Of a DNA stretch of 64,000 nt, positions 39,301-49,223 are shown in pieces. Under the pieces are notes generated by a model. The model saw only the letters and a list, made by a program, of their open reading frames with translations, did not search any database and had not been told where the DNA came from. Each line of letters begins with the position of its first letter. The stretch's first letter is position 1. The stretch lies in the IMG/VR virus record IMGVR_UViG_3300010403_000705, positions 186,001 to 250,000 of that record; one strand, written 5' to 3'. A program made the position numbers and the translations under genes.

Positions 39301-39699
39301 ATGGCAGGTATCGTATTAATTAATGATATTGTAGAAGGTTCGATATTAAGTAGCGCCAGTTCAACTGATATATTATTATATGATACCGCAGTTGGACTAA
39401 GAGGTAATGTACTAAACAGTGCTACCTTTTCCATGACATCTACTATAGTAGGTTATGATAGTATTAACAAATTAGGTGCTGGTGGAAGGATAACTAGTTT
39501 TTTTAGAATTAATGAAGGAATAGTGCAAATAGGAGCTACTCACATAGATGTTCCTGTAACAGCAGATCTATTAGTTCCTTCTGTTACTTTTTCACATGTT
39601 ATATCTAGCTTATCTGTAATTCTAAGAGTTTCTGGTTCTGAAGGCGGACAAACAGTATTATGGCGCGGCAGATCAGAAATTACTGTTATAAAATCTTAA
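39301..39699 (+). CDS. Hypothetical beta-rich protein, probably structural
   Basis: Follows the fibre genes; AAGGA upstream. Confidence 0.6.
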   Translation: MAGIVLINDIVEGSILSSASSTDILLYDTAVGLRGNVLNSATFSMTSTIVGYDSINKLGAGGRITSFFRINEGIVQIGATHIDVPVTADLLVPSVTFSHVISSLSVILRVSGSEGGQTVLWRGRSEITVIKS

Positions 39700-39744
39700 T
39701 GAAATTATGTTAAATAACATAATGCCATTTTTACTATAAATAAT

Positions 39745-40239
39745 ATGAAAACAAATATAATTTTTAAATTAGCCGATAAATTTATATATAAATTACAAAA
39801 ACATGCACAAAGCAGTGAGGTAGACAATTCATCAGTGATTTTAGCAGTTAGACCAACTGTTAATAGTATATTAACAAAAATAAATTTTAATTCACTTATA
39901 TCCAAGACTTTGCAAGATGTAGTAAACAAAATAAGTGAAGCAAATCAAGAAATACACGGAGATATAAAAATAGATATTTTTGTAACTAATGCAACTGGCG
40001 GAATTGGAAAATGGCGAATTGATCATGCTACCAGTGGTTTAAAATTTACTGGATCTTTGGTAAATGACAAAACTGTAGGACCAGTTTTTAAACAACTTAT
40101 CTCTAAAGCAAATAGTTTAATTTTCCCATCCTTGGAAAAAGAGTTTAATAGAATATCACAAGTTGATAAACAAGGTTGGGCGGGCGACAAAATTACAAAT
40201 CATGAGACCAATATTAATGAAGTTAATTTAAATGTTTGA
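39745..40239 (+). CDS. Hypothetical protein with N-terminal KLADKF...HAQ motif
   Basis: 164 aa; motif shared with 53699 and 55065. Confidence 0.65.
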   Translation: MKTNIIFKLADKFIYKLQKHAQSSEVDNSSVILAVRPTVNSILTKINFNSLISKTLQDVVNKISEANQEIHGDIKIDIFVTNATGGIGKWRIDHATSGLKFTGSLVNDKTVGPVFKQLISKANSLIFPSLEKEFNRISQVDKQGWAGDKITNHETNINEVNLNV

Positions 40240-40308
40240 GTAATCAAATTTTCTAGTGAATTTATACGTCTATTGATATAATACGATTGTCTAGTCATTA
40301 GGATACAC

Positions 40309-41517
40309 ATGAATATTTTTGATGTTGGAATTATTGGCGCAGGAGTTGCAGGTGCTTTTGCTACCTTAAAAATAGCTAAAGATTACAAAAATATAAAAAC
40401 TATAGTCTTTGACGTAGGGCGTCCGCCAATGAAAAGAAGAAGACAATTAGAAGGTTGGTTAGGATGTTTACCAAATAGTGATGGCAAATTATATGCAAAC
40501 GATATTAATAAAGTATCTGCAATAGTAGGTAACAAAAAAGGTAAATCTTCTAATACTTGGTTCAATAATATTATATCTAATGTTAATGATTTTAGCATTA
40601 TAAAAGATAAATCTCCATCAACATCTATGGATAAAAAATTGAGGAAAATTGGATATGATATTTCTTTAAATGATTATATTCAAATATATCCTAAAGATAT
40701 ACATGCTTTATCTAAATATATGGCAGAAGCTATAGAATATTGTGATAACATAAATTTTAGTTTTGATAACGAAGTAAAAAATGTTTTTAAACAAAAAAAC
40801 ATTTTCATAGTAGTAACAGAAAAAGAAGAATATAAGTGTAAAAATATTATAATTGCGACTGGTAGAAGTGGATGGCGTTGGACACAAGAGTTATATTCTA
40901 AATTAGGAATTATAAAAGATAATAGTGTATCAAAATATGGAATAAGAATAGAATTAAATACATCTTATATGAAGGATTTTAATAAATCTAACTGCACTTT
41001 AACAAAAAATGACATTGAAATTGGTCCATTTAATTGGTTTGGTACTGTAATACCTGAAGATCATATAGATTTAGCTATTTCTTCTTTTAGATCAAATGAA
41101 AATAGATGGAAAACTGATAAAGTTTCCTTTACATTATTTGGTAATAGAATATTTCCTAATAAGGGTTTTGAACAAACAGACAGAATTGGTAAACTAACTT
41201 TTGTTTTAGCTAATGATAGAATTATTAAAGAAAAAGTATCAATGATTTTAAATAACAAAAGTAAAATATCTATTATTCCGGAATATGATTGGATGAAAGC
41301 AGTTCTAACTGAATTATCTATAGCAGTACCAGAAATTACTACTAAAGCGTATTTTCATGTACCTACAATTTTACCTAGCATCCCTAAAATAATTATTAAA
41401 CCTAATCTAGAAACAGAAGTAGATGGCATGTTTGTTGTAGGAGAAAGTGCAGGAATTAATGGTATATTATCAGCAGCTACTATGGGAATTATTGCAGCTG
41501 ATAATATATGTAAATAA
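40309..41517 (+). CDS. FAD-dependent oxidoreductase (COG2509-like, divergent)
   Basis: DVGIIGAGVAG, NSDGKL, IIATGRSG, FVVGESAGINGILSAATMG. Confidence 0.8.
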   Translation: MNIFDVGIIGAGVAGAFATLKIAKDYKNIKTIVFDVGRPPMKRRRQLEGWLGCLPNSDGKLYANDINKVSAIVGNKKGKSSNTWFNNIISNVNDFSIIKDKSPSTSMDKKLRKIGYDISLNDYIQIYPKDIHALSKYMAEAIEYCDNINFSFDNEVKNVFKQKNIFIVVTEKEEYKCKNIIIATGRSGWRWTQELYSKLGIIKDNSVSKYGIRIELNTSYMKDFNKSNCTLTKNDIEIGPFNWFGTVIPEDHIDLAISSFRSNENRWKTDKVSFTLFGNRIFPNKGFEQTDRIGKLTFVLANDRIIKEKVSMILNNKSKISIIPEYDWMKAVLTELSIAVPEITTKAYFHVPTILPSIPKIIIKPNLETEVDGMFVVGESAGINGILSAATMGIIAADNICK

Positions 41518-41526
41518 GGAATGTAA

Positions 41527-41880
41527 ATGAAAACTACTGCTAGTCACACCACCTCAGAACAATCATCAAACTCGGAAGATTTTAAAGATCAGAATCTTAA
41601 ATATAGTTTAAGTAAATTTGAATATGATTTATATCATGACGAAGATAATAAATTAGAAAAAATAATAAGAGTAAAAAGATTTGCTAACTCTAAAGAAGAA
41701 AAATGGAAAATATTTGAAGATAATAAAATTATTTTAACTGTTGAGGGTTCTAAATTAAATAATAAAGAAAAAGAATTTTTAAGAACACCAGAGGGAGTTA
41801 ATTTTTTAATTTTACAATACAAAAATGGAATCGAATCTTTTAGTATCATAAAAAACGAAATAAAGAAAAAACTAAAATAA
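41527..41880 (+). CDS. Hypothetical protein
   Basis: 117 aa, AAGGA upstream. Confidence 0.7.
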   Translation: MKTTASHTTSEQSSNSEDFKDQNLKYSLSKFEYDLYHDEDNKLEKIIRVKRFANSKEEKWKIFEDNKIILTVEGSKLNNKEKEFLRTPEGVNFLILQYKNGIESFSIIKNEIKKKLK

Positions 41881-41942
41881 TATGCGTCTTGACTTTCATA
41901 TTATCATGTTTATTATATAAGATAATAAATGAGGTAATTATA

Positions 41943-42533
41943 ATGGAATATATAATATATTTAGCTGATACAGAGACCACAGGGTTAGATAGCCATAATA
42001 ATGATATTATTGAATTATCATTTTATAGGTTGAATGATGGTATACAAAAAACCTGGTTTCTAAAACCACTAAACTATTCTACAATTGATTCTGCTGCATT
42101 GAGAGTAAATGGTCATAAATTAGAAGATTTGAGATTAGAAACAAAATATGGAAAAGAAACATATCAAGATCCTTCAAAAGTTATTGTAGAAGTAGAGAAC
42201 TGGATTGCTGAAGATGGATTGCCAACGGATAATCGTGTTCTTTGTGGGCATAATGTACATTTTGATAAAAATATGTTAGAACAGTTATGGATAAAATGTG
42301 AATCTGCAGATTCTTACCCTCTAAGTAAAAAACGTACTTTGGATACTATGCAAATAGAATTTTTTCTAGATTGGTGCAAAGGTTCCATGGCAGAAGGATA
42401 TAGCTTAGCCAATTTAGTTAAAAAGTATGGTGTAAAGAATGAAAAAGCACATTCTGCCGCTGCTGACACTAAAGCTACTAAAGAAGTTTTTGAGAGGCAG
42501 GTAGAAATATTTAGAAAAATTTTAAATGCTTAA
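41943..42533 (+). CDS. DEDDh 3'-5' exonuclease (DnaQ-like)
   Basis: DTETTG, GHNVHFD, DTMQI, HSAAADT; GAGGT upstream of ATG 41943. Confidence 0.88.
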   Translation: MEYIIYLADTETTGLDSHNNDIIELSFYRLNDGIQKTWFLKPLNYSTIDSAALRVNGHKLEDLRLETKYGKETYQDPSKVIVEVENWIAEDGLPTDNRVLCGHNVHFDKNMLEQLWIKCESADSYPLSKKRTLDTMQIEFFLDWCKGSMAEGYSLANLVKKYGVKNEKAHSAAADTKATKEVFERQVEIFRKILNA

Positions 42534-43515
42534 AATTTTATATGCAGCTAATAATAGTTATGATGCGAGAATCTCTTTACAGAGGTTTTTGTTTTATGTC
42601 AAAGATAAACCTTATACTATTAAAATAGCTGCATATAAAAAATCTAGCCCTCCAGTGAATATTGATTGGACTTTAGATTCTTTATTAAACATTTATAATC
42701 CTAACCATGTTTCTTTAGAAGACAATGATAATCTATTAACATATTATGAGCAAATAAAATATTATTCTCCAGACCTTATAATTAGTGATTTAGAATATTT
42801 TACTTCTTACATAGCTAACTTACTAAATGTTAATTTATGGCAATGCAGCCCTTTATTAATCAACTATGCCATTAATAAAGAAGAAAAATATAATTTGGGT
42901 TTATTTAAAAAATATTCATATCTCCTCAATAGAAACCCAACTATAAACCAAAGAAATATTAACATTATTGATAACTCCAATAAAAATTTTATCTATTCCC
43001 ATTTTGGAGATTTATCACACCCCCCAACAATAAAAAAAAATTATGAATGGATTAGACCATATCATAAAATTGGCAAGGTTTCTAAACCTTGCCAACATAA
43101 TATCGTTGTTGGTTCCCTAAACAATAATAAAGATATTTTTTCTTTTCTAAAAAATAATTCTGACTGCATAAATTTTAGCCATTTTTTAGGAGAAAAATAT
43201 GATAATATAAGTATAAAAAATTATGATAATCAAGAAGAATATTTTTGTAATTTACGTAATTGCAGACTATTTGTGTGTGAGGGACAAATAAATTTTCTTG
43301 CTGATGCTTTCTATAACAAAAAATATACTGTAGTTGTATTAAATTTTAATAATTTAGATGGCATAATTAATAGTGCTTTTTCAGAAAAGTTTAAGTTATC
43401 AGTTTGTATTTATGACAAAAATAAAAATTTAGATTTAATAGAAATTCCAAAGATAGATTATCAATATAATAATAAAATACATTATCTTCATGAAAAAATA
43501 GAAACACTAATATAA
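42526..43515 (+). CDS. Divergent glycosyltransferase-like protein (MJ1255-like)
   Basis: LKILYAA, PDLIISDLEYFT, CRLFVCEG...LADAFY. Confidence 0.5.
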   Translation: MLKILYAANNSYDARISLQRFLFYVKDKPYTIKIAAYKKSSPPVNIDWTLDSLLNIYNPNHVSLEDNDNLLTYYEQIKYYSPDLIISDLEYFTSYIANLLNVNLWQCSPLLINYAINKEEKYNLGLFKKYSYLLNRNPTINQRNINIIDNSNKNFIYSHFGDLSHPPTIKKNYEWIRPYHKIGKVSKPCQHNIVVGSLNNNKDIFSFLKNNSDCINFSHFLGEKYDNISIKNYDNQEEYFCNLRNCRLFVCEGQINFLADAFYNKKYTVVVLNFNNLDGIINSAFSEKFKLSVCIYDKNKNLDLIEIPKIDYQYNNKIHYLHEKIETLI

Positions 43516-43559
43516 ACTTGATATATCTAGAATTGTCAGATCAATTAACAAGGATTATC

Positions 43560-44048
43560 ATGAATAAACAGGAAGAAAAATTAGATAATAGATTTAAACC
43601 TCAAGGCAAGATGAAAATAATTAAAGGTAGTATCTTAGCTCCTGAAAATGCCGGATTGAGATTCGTACTATCAGTAAATAATATGTTAGGAAAAACTGAT
43701 GGTTCATGGTTAAAGATCTTTGATAAGAAGTGGAAGAAAGTTAGAGAAGAAACAAAAGGCTGGTATAATACTAGAACTGGAGCTTACAAACTAGGTGCTG
43801 TTAATACTACAGCTGTACAAAGTGATACCTGGGTAATTCATCTCTTGTGCCAAGATGAAAAAATGAATACTGATTTAAAAAGTCTTGGAGATTGTTTAAA
43901 AAAAGTGTGTAATATGGCTAAATATGAAAAAGCTACTGTGCACGTTTCTAGTCTAATTACTGAAAGTATACCAGAATTAACTGAATTAGTAGCGCAACAC
44001 TTAGTATCTAATGGTGTAAGTGTATATTTTTACGATGAACCTAAATAA
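43560..44048 (+). CDS. Macro-domain-like protein (divergent)
   Basis: KIIKGSILAP, VNNMLG, KKW, KLGAV, VIHLLCQ, ATVH, VYFY follow the macro-domain layout. Confidence 0.6.
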   Translation: MNKQEEKLDNRFKPQGKMKIIKGSILAPENAGLRFVLSVNNMLGKTDGSWLKIFDKKWKKVREETKGWYNTRTGAYKLGAVNTTAVQSDTWVIHLLCQDEKMNTDLKSLGDCLKKVCNMAKYEKATVHVSSLITESIPELTELVAQHLVSNGVSVYFYDEPK

Positions 44049-44072
44049 AATATTTACGAATAATTAAATAAT

Positions 44073-44114
44073 AGAATCCAATTCAGGAAATTTCCTGAAT
44101 TGGATTCTTTTTTT
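44073..44114 (+). terminator. 36-bp perfect palindrome plus T tract
   Basis: AGAATCCAATTCAGGAAA|TTTCCTGAATTGGATTCT, then a T run; intergenic. Confidence 0.7.
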
Positions 44115-44140
44115 AATAGGTTATAATTGGATATTCAAAT

Positions 44141-44833
44141 ATGAATTTAGATAATTTATTAAACGATGCTATTAAAAATCTATTTGGCATAAACCCTTCC
44201 TTATCTGTAAAAAAAGTCAATCCAAAGAACTTATTAAATACTTCCATAAATGAACATGGCGAGGGAACTAGTTCTTTCGGTAGTAAAGTATTATCTAAAG
44301 CTAGGTCAGACATAGGAGTACATGAAGACTTAGGTAAGAATGATGGTAAAAGAATAAGAGAGTATTTTAAATATTTTAAAATGGGTGGAGGACAGGATTG
44401 GTGTGCGGCGGCAGTATCTGCATGGTTAATAGAAGCTGGCGGCGGACCAATTTCTGGAGCTGTTGGTGCCAGAAATGTTGGCGCTCAATTTGCACAAGCA
44501 GGAAGGTGGGTAGCAAGAGATAAAATATCTGCAAATCACATGATTCCAGGTAATATAGTCGTCTGGAGTCGAGGAGGTCCGGATTCTTGGAAAGGTCATA
44601 TAGGTGTTATAGAATCTTTTGATGGTCGTAATTCTTTCACATCTATCGAAGGAAACTCTGGACCACGCTCTGATGCAGTGGTTGTAAATACTCATTCCAT
44701 TAAAGACGCTAATTTATTAGGAGTAGGAATATTGTCTGATTATGTTCCAAGCTTTTCTAAAAAAAGTTTTGATAAAATTGATAAAATGGCGAATATATAT
44801 TACCAAAAAGCTTTTAAACTTATTAATTTTTGA
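44141..44833 (+). CDS. CHAP-domain peptidoglycan hydrolase
   Basis: QDWCAAAVSAW (Cys), PGNIVVW, GHIGVI (His), SIEGNSG. Confidence 0.8.
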   Translation: MNLDNLLNDAIKNLFGINPSLSVKKVNPKNLLNTSINEHGEGTSSFGSKVLSKARSDIGVHEDLGKNDGKRIREYFKYFKMGGGQDWCAAAVSAWLIEAGGGPISGAVGARNVGAQFAQAGRWVARDKISANHMIPGNIVVWSRGGPDSWKGHIGVIESFDGRNSFTSIEGNSGPRSDAVVVNTHSIKDANLLGVGILSDYVPSFSKKSFDKIDKMANIYYQKAFKLINF

Positions 44834-45303
44834 CAATGATTTGTAAATTCTGTATGACAGCGTTTTCCTTTAATTTTAGGTTGAACACACAATCCTATAG
44901 ATAGTAAATCATTTCTATTATATATCTTCAAATATTTTTTAAAAACAAAAATATTGAAAGGTTCGTTACCATAAGTTACAACAGCAGTCTCTAGTAATGG
45001 ATTTAATTGTTCTTTAATATGATCAATATAATATTCTTTAGAAATAACCCAACTAGGACAATGATAAACATTTATTTGATGTCCACAGGTAACAATACCT
45101 GTCCCAAAACTACAAAGTGTAATATTATTTGATGTTACTATATTATTTAAATGTATCTCTGTCCATTGTTTAGTTTGTCCATCATACATTGAATTTTCAC
45201 GTATATATGGAAATTCAGGATTACTACAAAGAGTTAGAATACCATTTCTATTATAAAAAGAAAAATCTTGATAATTTTTAGCTACTGTTTCATATACCTT
45301 CAT
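44800..45303 (-). CDS. Hypothetical protein with C-terminal tag (KLISLKAFW)
   Basis: Likely start MKVYETV at 45303; 3' end overlaps the CHAP gene antisense. Confidence 0.7.
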   Translation of the reverse strand: MKVYETVAKNYQDFSFYNRNGILTLCSNPEFPYIRENSMYDGQTKQWTEIHLNNIVTSNNITLCSFGTGIVTCGHQINVYHCPSWVISKEYYIDHIKEQLNPLLETAVVTYGNEPFNIFVFKKYLKIYNRNDLLSIGLCVQPKIKGKRCHTEFTNHCQKLISLKAFW

Positions 45304-45940
45304 AAATTTTCTCTTTCGTCCAACCAAAAGCTGATAAGGATAAATTGAATTTTTCAGTTTCATACACTTTTTGTAACATGTTTTTAGCTATTTTACGAAC
45401 TTCTAATTGGGCATGTGTGCTATTCCTTAGTCCTTGAAAATGCATAAAAGATCGAAAATTAAACATAATATCTGCTGTTAGTTGATTAGCATATGGAAGA
45501 TAAAATCTAGCACTCTCTTTAGCACGTTTTTTAGAAATACCAGAATTAATAAGCCTACTTAAACATTCATGATATTTTTTTAAAGATTCTTCGCAATGAT
45601 GAATCAATAGTAATTGCTCATCTTTTTCCCAATCAGAAGGTATATAATATTTATCATCTTTTAATTCTTTATATCTTGGTGATTCAGAATTAAAAGAAAC
45701 TCCAATCCTGTGTTTTAGAATATGTATATGTGTAGCCATATCTGTTGTAATTAAAAAATGCAAACTAGATTTTTCAAAAGGTGTATGATGACCCTCTTCT
45801 CCCAACATATTTAATAATTTATCTACTCTATTTCTTTTTTCCTCATTTATTTCTCTTTTAGTTGATGTCCATGCAGATAGCGCGTGCGTTTCATCTGATC
45901 CGTAAAAACCTACTAATTCTATTTTATTTTCATGTTTCAT
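45290..45940 (-). CDS. thyX: Flavin-dependent thymidylate synthase
   Basis: HHTPFE, KHRIGVSFNSESPRY (RHRx7S-type motif), ESARFYLP, NFRSFMHF..LR, HAQLEVR. Confidence 0.92.
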   Translation of the reverse strand: MKHENKIELVGFYGSDETHALSAWTSTKREINEEKRNRVDKLLNMLGEEGHHTPFEKSSLHFLITTDMATHIHILKHRIGVSFNSESPRYKELKDDKYYIPSDWEKDEQLLLIHHCEESLKKYHECLSRLINSGISKKRAKESARFYLPYANQLTADIMFNFRSFMHFQGLRNSTHAQLEVRKIAKNMLQKVYETEKFNLSLSAFGWTKEKIYEGI

Positions 45941-45957
45941 TGTTATTTCCTTAATAA

Positions 45958-47010
45958 TTATTTTATGATTACATCATGAGGGTGTGACTCACGTAGTCCC
46001 GATGTAGTAATTTTAATAAATACTGGATTATCTTTGAGTTTCATTACATGATTTACCCCTTGATATGAACATCCAGATTGTATTCCTTCTAACATTTTAG
46101 TAAGAATATTTTTAAAACTACCTTTGGAGGGAACTATAGCCGCTACTCCTTCTATATGATTTGCTTTATGAGTAGAACTTCCTACATATTCTTTGTATGA
46201 TCTTCCGTCGATAGTTAAAATTTCTCCTGGTGTCTCTTCGCAGCCGGCAAATACATTACCAACCATAACCATATCAGATAAACATAAAGCTTTTACAGTA
46301 TCACCCGCATTTTTAATACCACCATCAGATATTATTAATCTTTGTTTGGAAGAGTGATGAGAAGATGCTTCTATTTTTTTTAGAGATTGACTAGCTTCCA
46401 TTAAAGCTGATAACTGAGGTACTCCGTTACCAGTTTCTATTCTTGTTGTACATAAAGATCCTGGTCCTACACCTACTTTAACAATATCTGCCCCAGCTGC
46501 CCATAAACTATAGGCACCATTATAAGTTGCCACGTTCCCAGCAATTAATAATACATGTGGATACATATTTGAAATATATTCACACATGTCTATACATAAT
46601 TTTGAATGACCATGAGCCACATCAATGCATAATATTTTAGCACCTCGTGCTACTAAATAATCTACTTCCAAATTATCTTCACTTTTTACACCCACAGAAA
46701 AACCTAGAAAAGACCAAACACTTTCATTAAATTCCTCTTGCAATTTATGCAAAATATTTAATTGCTCATCTACAGATATAAACCTATGCAATAAACCTAA
46801 TCCACCAGAAAGGTAGACAGCTCTTGCCATTTGATATCCTATAATGGTTTTCATATTAGCAGGAATTATAGGATGCTTCATTGTTTTATTTAATTTATCA
46901 ATTTTCACTGATAAATCTATTAATGAACGAGTTTTAATTTCTGAATATCGAGGCTCCAATAAAACATCATCAAATGTTAATCCATCTTTAATCATTTCTA
47001 GTTTCTCCAT
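45958..47010 (-). CDS. IMP dehydrogenase / GMP reductase family, no CBS domains
   Basis: [47 protein letters not shown]. Confidence 0.9.
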   Translation of the reverse strand: MEKLEMIKDGLTFDDVLLEPRYSEIKTRSLIDLSVKIDKLNKTMKHPIIPANMKTIIGYQMARAVYLSGGLGLLHRFISVDEQLNILHKLQEEFNESVWSFLGFSVGVKSEDNLEVDYLVARGAKILCIDVAHGHSKLCIDMCEYISNMYPHVLLIAGNVATYNGAYSLWAAGADIVKVGVGPGSLCTTRIETGNGVPQLSALMEASQSLKKIEASSHHSSKQRLIISDGGIKNAGDTVKALCLSDMVMVGNVFAGCEETPGEILTIDGRSYKEYVGSSTHKANHIEGVAAIVPSKGSFKNILTKMLEGIQSGCSYQGVNHVMKLKDNPVFIKITTSGLRESHPHDVIIK

Positions 47011-47119
47011 ATTTAAGCATAGTTATAGAATATAATACTGCATGACTTACATTTAAACATATAAATATAAAATTAAATGTCAAGTGATTAATATAAGATA
47101 AAATTATCAAGGGGAATTT

Positions 47120-47839
47120 ATGGATATCAAATCTTGGATAAACTCTTTACCAAATAACCCATGTTTAGAAAGAGATCGGGCAATTTTAAAAGCGGTGGAA
47201 AATAATATAATAAGTTATAAATGGGTATCCATAACATCTAAAATCAAAAATCATACTGCTATTTTTCAAGTATGTGATGATGCTATTCGTGTGGAAATAG
47301 AAGATGGAACTAGGTTTAGGTTTCAGGTATCAGCTACTTTAGCACAACAATGTGCGGATGCGATGGATGCTTCTTTTATTACGGCTAAGATTAGTGATTT
47401 ATCTTATCAACAAGCAGAAATAATTGTAGATGCATCTATATTATATCCTACTCCAGACATGGTTACAATCAACAGATCTAAAGATTGGAACAGGATGGTA
47501 GAAAAAAAACGTGCTGGCAGAATAGGTTTATTTAGAGATTGTGGTAAATCATGGATACTCAGCAACAGATTATCGACTACTAATGGTGCTATTAATTATG
47601 GATTCTACGATCATACTGCTCCTTATGTAGGACCAGGAGGATTAAATATGTGGCAAACTGTTGGTACTAGGCATGATAGGTTACATACTGATTATAGTCA
47701 AACTTTGCTTTTAATGAATAAAAAATGTCAAGTAGATGGAAAATCTACGAATGTAGTTGAAGTAATGAAAAATCCAGAATTAGCTTCTCTTTTAAGTTAT
47801 GAAGGCGTATTACACCACACTAGACAACCAGGAGTTTAA
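47120..47839 (+). CDS. Uncharacterised conserved-looking protein (paralog of 47842)
   Basis: AQQCADAMDASFITAKISDLSY...HTDYSQTLLL; aligns with the next gene. Confidence 0.75.
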   Translation: MDIKSWINSLPNNPCLERDRAILKAVENNIISYKWVSITSKIKNHTAIFQVCDDAIRVEIEDGTRFRFQVSATLAQQCADAMDASFITAKISDLSYQQAEIIVDASILYPTPDMVTINRSKDWNRMVEKKRAGRIGLFRDCGKSWILSNRLSTTNGAINYGFYDHTAPYVGPGGLNMWQTVGTRHDRLHTDYSQTLLLMNKKCQVDGKSTNVVEVMKNPELASLLSYEGVLHHTRQPGV

Positions 47840-47841
47840 AT

Positions 47842-48759
47842 ATGAGTTTTAAAGATGAATTTCTAAGAACTCCTTCAGGTCCAATAAGGGAAGCTTTGAT
47901 TTATCAGGCGGCTATTAAGCAGGGTCCACCTAAAAATTTAGTACCAGTTACTGTGCCTGGACCTAACGGAACTAAAATAACTTATAAAGTTATGGCTGAT
48001 TATATGATGATTGATGGTATAAGAGTTCCTATGACACCTTTAACTGCACAAAAAATAGCTAATTATTTTGGCATGTCATTACCAACAGATAAAATGTCTA
48101 AACAGATTTATAATGCTGCTGATACGAAAGTCAGAGCCGCCCCACTTTCGGGAAGCGGTTACGTTAGTCCATTAACTGGAAAAAAATATTCACCTCAGGA
48201 AGTAGTGAAGAATAGAATAGGCGAATCGGATGCCGCTGTTTATTATAGCAAATTAACTGATGAAGCAATAGCTAAATCAAAAGGTGATAACAAGCCTGTT
48301 CTTATTGGGGGTCATGGGAAAGAAATTACTGAACCAACATCTAGCGCCAGTGTAAATGATGTTAGTTTTGGAGGATGGCAAGGGGCACAAGGCGATGCAT
48401 TACAGCCATATACTTATGCTCATAAGGGACAAGCTGCTGCGCATACAGAATATGCATTAAACACACGATTAATAGATGGAAATGTAACGATAACCTTACC
48501 AAATGGAAAAACCATATCTACTACCATGGATAAATTAAGATCTAATCCAAATCTATCTAGCGCAATAGCTAACACTACTGTGGTAAGGCAATATGGTTCT
48601 AAAAACAAAGAGTCGCCATCTACTACTAAAATAGAACAAAAAATGACGACTCATCCTGTTAAGCAAATAACAGAAAACTACAATCCTAATAAACCACAAT
48701 CGGGCAGATTAACTCTACTGCAAAGAATTGATAGTTTGCTGAATCAATTTGGAAAATAA
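47842..48759 (+). CDS. Uncharacterised conserved-looking protein (paralog of 47120)
   Basis: RVPMTPLTAQKIANYFGMSLPTDKMSKQIY...GGHGK...HTEY. Confidence 0.75.
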   Translation: MSFKDEFLRTPSGPIREALIYQAAIKQGPPKNLVPVTVPGPNGTKITYKVMADYMMIDGIRVPMTPLTAQKIANYFGMSLPTDKMSKQIYNAADTKVRAAPLSGSGYVSPLTGKKYSPQEVVKNRIGESDAAVYYSKLTDEAIAKSKGDNKPVLIGGHGKEITEPTSSASVNDVSFGGWQGAQGDALQPYTYAHKGQAAAHTEYALNTRLIDGNVTITLPNGKTISTTMDKLRSNPNLSSAIANTTVVRQYGSKNKESPSTTKIEQKMTTHPVKQITENYNPNKPQSGRLTLLQRIDSLLNQFGK

Positions 48760-48764
48760 ATTGA

Positions 48765-49004
48765 TTACCAAAAAGTCTTCATTTTTAGCATCCTTACAAA
48801 TTCATCTTCTCGGTAGCCTTTATTATCAAAAGATATCAAATATTCCGTTAGATTATTTGATGTTGTTATGAAGAATATGGTTAACTTAGGGGTCTTAAAA
48901 GTAAAAGATTTTACACTTCCCACTTCATGAATACTTTTTATATTACTTTCGGATAAATCACCAATGAATTTTTTTATGTCTGTATGAATGTCATTAATTT
49001 CCAT
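48765..49004 (-). CDS. Hypothetical protein with C-terminal tag (RMLKMKTFW)
   Basis: Abuts the IF-1 stop. Confidence 0.7.
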   Translation of the reverse strand: MEINDIHTDIKKFIGDLSESNIKSIHEVGSVKSFTFKTPKLTIFFITTSNNLTEYLISFDNKGYREDEFVRMLKMKTFW

Positions 49005-49223
49005 CTATATTTTATGTCTGTATGTTATGCGTCCCTGAGATGTATCATATTCTGACACTTCAACAGTTACCTTATCACCTATTAAAATCTTTACTGAATT
49101 AACCCTTATTTTACCACTCAGGGTGCAAAGCACAATTAAGGAATCATTAACTTTAACTTTAAATTTTCCTTTGTTAGCATCTACTACTTCGCCTTGTAAT
49201 TCTAATCTATCTCTGTTAGACAT
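49005..49223 (-). CDS. infA: Translation initiation factor IF-1
   Basis: LELQGEVVD...FKVK...LCTLSGKIR...ILIGDKVTVEVSEYDTSQGRITYR. Confidence 0.93.
   Translation of the reverse strand: MSNRDRLELQGEVVDANKGKFKVKVNDSLIVLCTLSGKIRVNSVKILIGDKVTVEVSEYDTSQGRITYRHKI

Noticed and set aside
12200-43530. GATATA-like words upstream of several genes (about 12205, 18070, 39282, 40276, 43520) as a late promoter
   Set aside because: Too AT-rich and short to distinguish from background by eye; needs motif statistics.
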